Translations under genes and position numbers: made by a program | The notes under the pieces: generated by a model | Databases searched by the model: none | Seen by the model: only the letters and a program-made list of their open reading frames with translations | What the model was told of the DNA's origin: nothing | Origin: Camelus dromedarius | Lineage: Eukaryota | DNA: 64,000 nt | Reading direction: 5' to 3' | Assembly: GCF_036321535.1 (NCBI RefSeq) | Contig: NC_087436.1 | Coordinates: 44,208,001-44,272,000, forward strand | Part shown: positions 61,161 to 64,000 of the stretch, piece by piece | Layout of the letters: each line of letters starts with the position of its first letter | Position numbering within the stretch: position 1 is the stretch's first letter

Positions 61161-64000
61161 AACGATTTATTAAGATTTTTCATAGCTACATTTTTGTAAT
61201 TGAAGATATGAAATAGATTGTAATATAAATCCTATAACTTGGTCAAATTATTCAAAACTGAATGAATCCATCAAACCAGTACACTCTTGCCTTATGGAGC
61301 TACTTCACTCAAGAATCCTTAATTCAAATAGTTTTAGATAATAGAATTAAGAATTTTGCATTGAACCTACCTTAAAACTGTCAGGAATATCTAAATATTG
61401 GAGTGGAATGGAGAGTTAGCTTCTGCTTTCACACATGATGACTGTCTTACATAAAAGATCTTATATCATGGTCCATATTTCTATACTTATCTTTTTATAT
61501 AGAGGAATGTATATCTGCATTCCTTAGTATTGAAATTAGAAGAAACAATGAACAGAGTTGTCTACACTCTGAAAGATTTAAATTAAACCAAATAAAATTT
61601 TATCTTCAAAAAATCTTTAACACTTTAAAGATGGGCTGTTAGAAATTGTGAAGAGGTAAATAGGAGGATAAATGAACCAGTTAGAAAAGACTTATGGACA
61701 TCTAGGCACGGGGAATTTTTATGTTTGTGGAATACTGCATAAGGCAACAGAGCAGGTCTGACATGAGGATATATATATATATGTATATTTCAGGCTATAG
61801 GTGATAATGGACTTACTGATTTTAGTTATCCTTTATTTTCTTCATATTTGGGAAATATCAATGTAGCCTTCTGCAATCTTTCCCATATGGCTTATTAAAC
61901 ATATTTGAAAAACCAAAAAAGATTACTTTAAGGGATTGGTAGGAACTACCGCCTTTCTATAAAATTTTAATACGATTATATTTTAAAAGAGATTTTTTTT
62001 ATTTCAAAATTTGTATCTAATGGTCTTGTGTACCATGAATTACAAAAACATACTTTTGCAGTCTGTAGCTTAGTAAAATTAAAATTGTTTTCTCAAGAGA
62101 TCCTTATGAAGTATTCACAAATAAATTGCAAGAGACTCTTTCATACTAACATTTGACATAGTTTATTTTTCTGGCCTATAGTTTGGTGCTATCTCTGCCC
62201 TTTTATCTTGAAATACTTGCTGGACCTGAGCACATCAAATGCAAAAGATTTATCTCACCAGGAAAGCTAGGCCTGGTAAAATTAAGTAGTTAGGAATTGT
62301 CTCTGGGAACAGGGAGAATTATTACACCCAACAGACGAATAAGTATTTTTATAAGGATCAAAGTTGTCAACCAAAGGGATAAAATTCTGGTAAAGAAATT
62401 TCAGATAATTGGCTCACAAGTGAGAGAATTTTTGTGTGGGTGGAGGCCTTGCCTCTTTCCTGGAGCCATGAAATCTCATCAAGAAAAGATTAACAAGATC
62501 CGCCTATTTGGTTTAGAACATTCAAAGATATTTTCTTAGCTGTTCAACTGATAGAGTTAATACCTTAGTTCTAATCCATGTGATTCTCTGTAAAGTACAA
62601 ATGAGCGGTTGTCATTTTTACCTTTTAGAAATTACAGATCAGTTTGTAAGACCTATCTTACAGCCCTGTAAAGAGGGACAGAAATCATAGTATTTGTCAG
62701 AAAAATCCACTTTCAGTTGAATGAGTACTTCATATCTATCATTTCTTATAGTCTTTCAGTTGCCCACTCATATCTTGGTGGCACTCAGGTTAAGAATGTT
62801 GCTTTATATTTGGTAGAGTAGCTACTAGAATAATTCAAGAAGAATTTAAAGATAATGTAATTAACTCTGGATTATTAAAGCTGATGGAGAAGGGAAATAC
62901 CATGAGAAAGTGATTCTCCAGAGACAAATCTCTATTTTCATATCCATTTCCTTTTCACCATCAACAGATTTTTTATTACAGTGCCTGTTAAATGATAAAC
63001 TCATTACTCACTTGAAATCCGAAACATGTTCAAATCTCTCTTGCTCTTTTAAATGACTAAGGTTAACCTTGGATTGCTTCAAAAATCAGATGTAGACATC
63101 AGCTAAGATCAGTCATACATCATGGGACAATTATCAATTTCTATTGGCTGAAAGTTCAGAAATATTCATTATGCTATTTGCCACTTCTTTCCGGGCTTTT
63201 TCAGACCCCATTGGTGAATCTTAATTATCACATTGGAAAATAGTTAGCTCCATTTATTGAAATAATATAAAATAAAGCCACCTAAGATAATAGAGATGAA
63301 ATTGTTGAATCTTCAGTGCTACTGGGCTATTCTTAATCAAATTCTGTTACTCATGTATGATTTTTGGTTTGTGAATTAACTGGTTTTGTCACTTTTCTTC
63401 TATCACCTGTTAATCTCTTTTGGGTACATTTTACTGATTATTCATTCCTCTAATAATTTTTGGCCATTGTGGTCACTGAGGTAGTGAGTGATATCTCCTG
63501 ATTTTTATTTTAGGTAACATGAGAGGTAGAAAGTAGGCTTTTTGAGGCAATAAATGAATATCAAACTGAAAGGGAATTAATCAATATGTATACTTGAAGT
63601 TGGTAGTAAACATAAAATTAATTTGCTTATACAATTAATTATTGACTTTATGTGATTTTATTTAAAAAAGTAGAGCAGTGGTAGTAGGTTTCTTGTGGAA
63701 GCATGTGAGACATTTTTAAGAAAGAAAGCACAAAAATTGGATGTTCATGCAGAGTTGGCATCATGACAAGCCAAAGTCATGCCTGAGCTGAAAGTCTTGA
63801 AGGAGCAAAAATATCTTGAAAAAGCATAAGAAGCTAGGCTATAGAGACTTACTGGAAAATGGATCAGAGGCACAGAATCATGACAGATGATGCAGTATAA
63901 TGACAGAAAAGGCTATCAGCTCTATTTCCTGATTTTACAAGTGTAATGCTGGCCAAGTTGTACATTTAAAAATTTTCTCTGATGCCTACAAAATTTTATA

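Noticed and set aside
798..62539. Supplied 60-130 aa ORFs as genes
   Set aside because: Short, often with non-ATG starts, with no recognisable domains, and many overlap repeats; expected by chance in 64 kb.

Overview
AT-rich, CpG-poor mammalian genomic DNA, either intergenic or deep intronic. I found no intact protein-coding gene; the supplied short ORFs look like chance frames or decayed repeats. Two tRNA-derived SINEs (45766, ~57130) and a young L1 3' end (4176-4400) resemble camelid elements, so the source is probably camel, alpaca or llama (recognised from memory, not searched). Most of the window is old eutherian repeats: MIR, L2, L3/CR1, L1MC1, HAL1-like L1, ERVL/MaLR LTRs and hAT/Tigger DNA elements, plus microsatellites. 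I see no convincing novel biological system. The best leads are an unidentified decayed coding-like segment (41.8-42.4 kb), a 113-bp templated insertion at a microsatellite junction, two older short-range duplications, a SINE-L1 chimera within one TSD pair, and a decayed 7SL 5' retrocopy. Repeat names and boundaries were judged by eye and are approximate.
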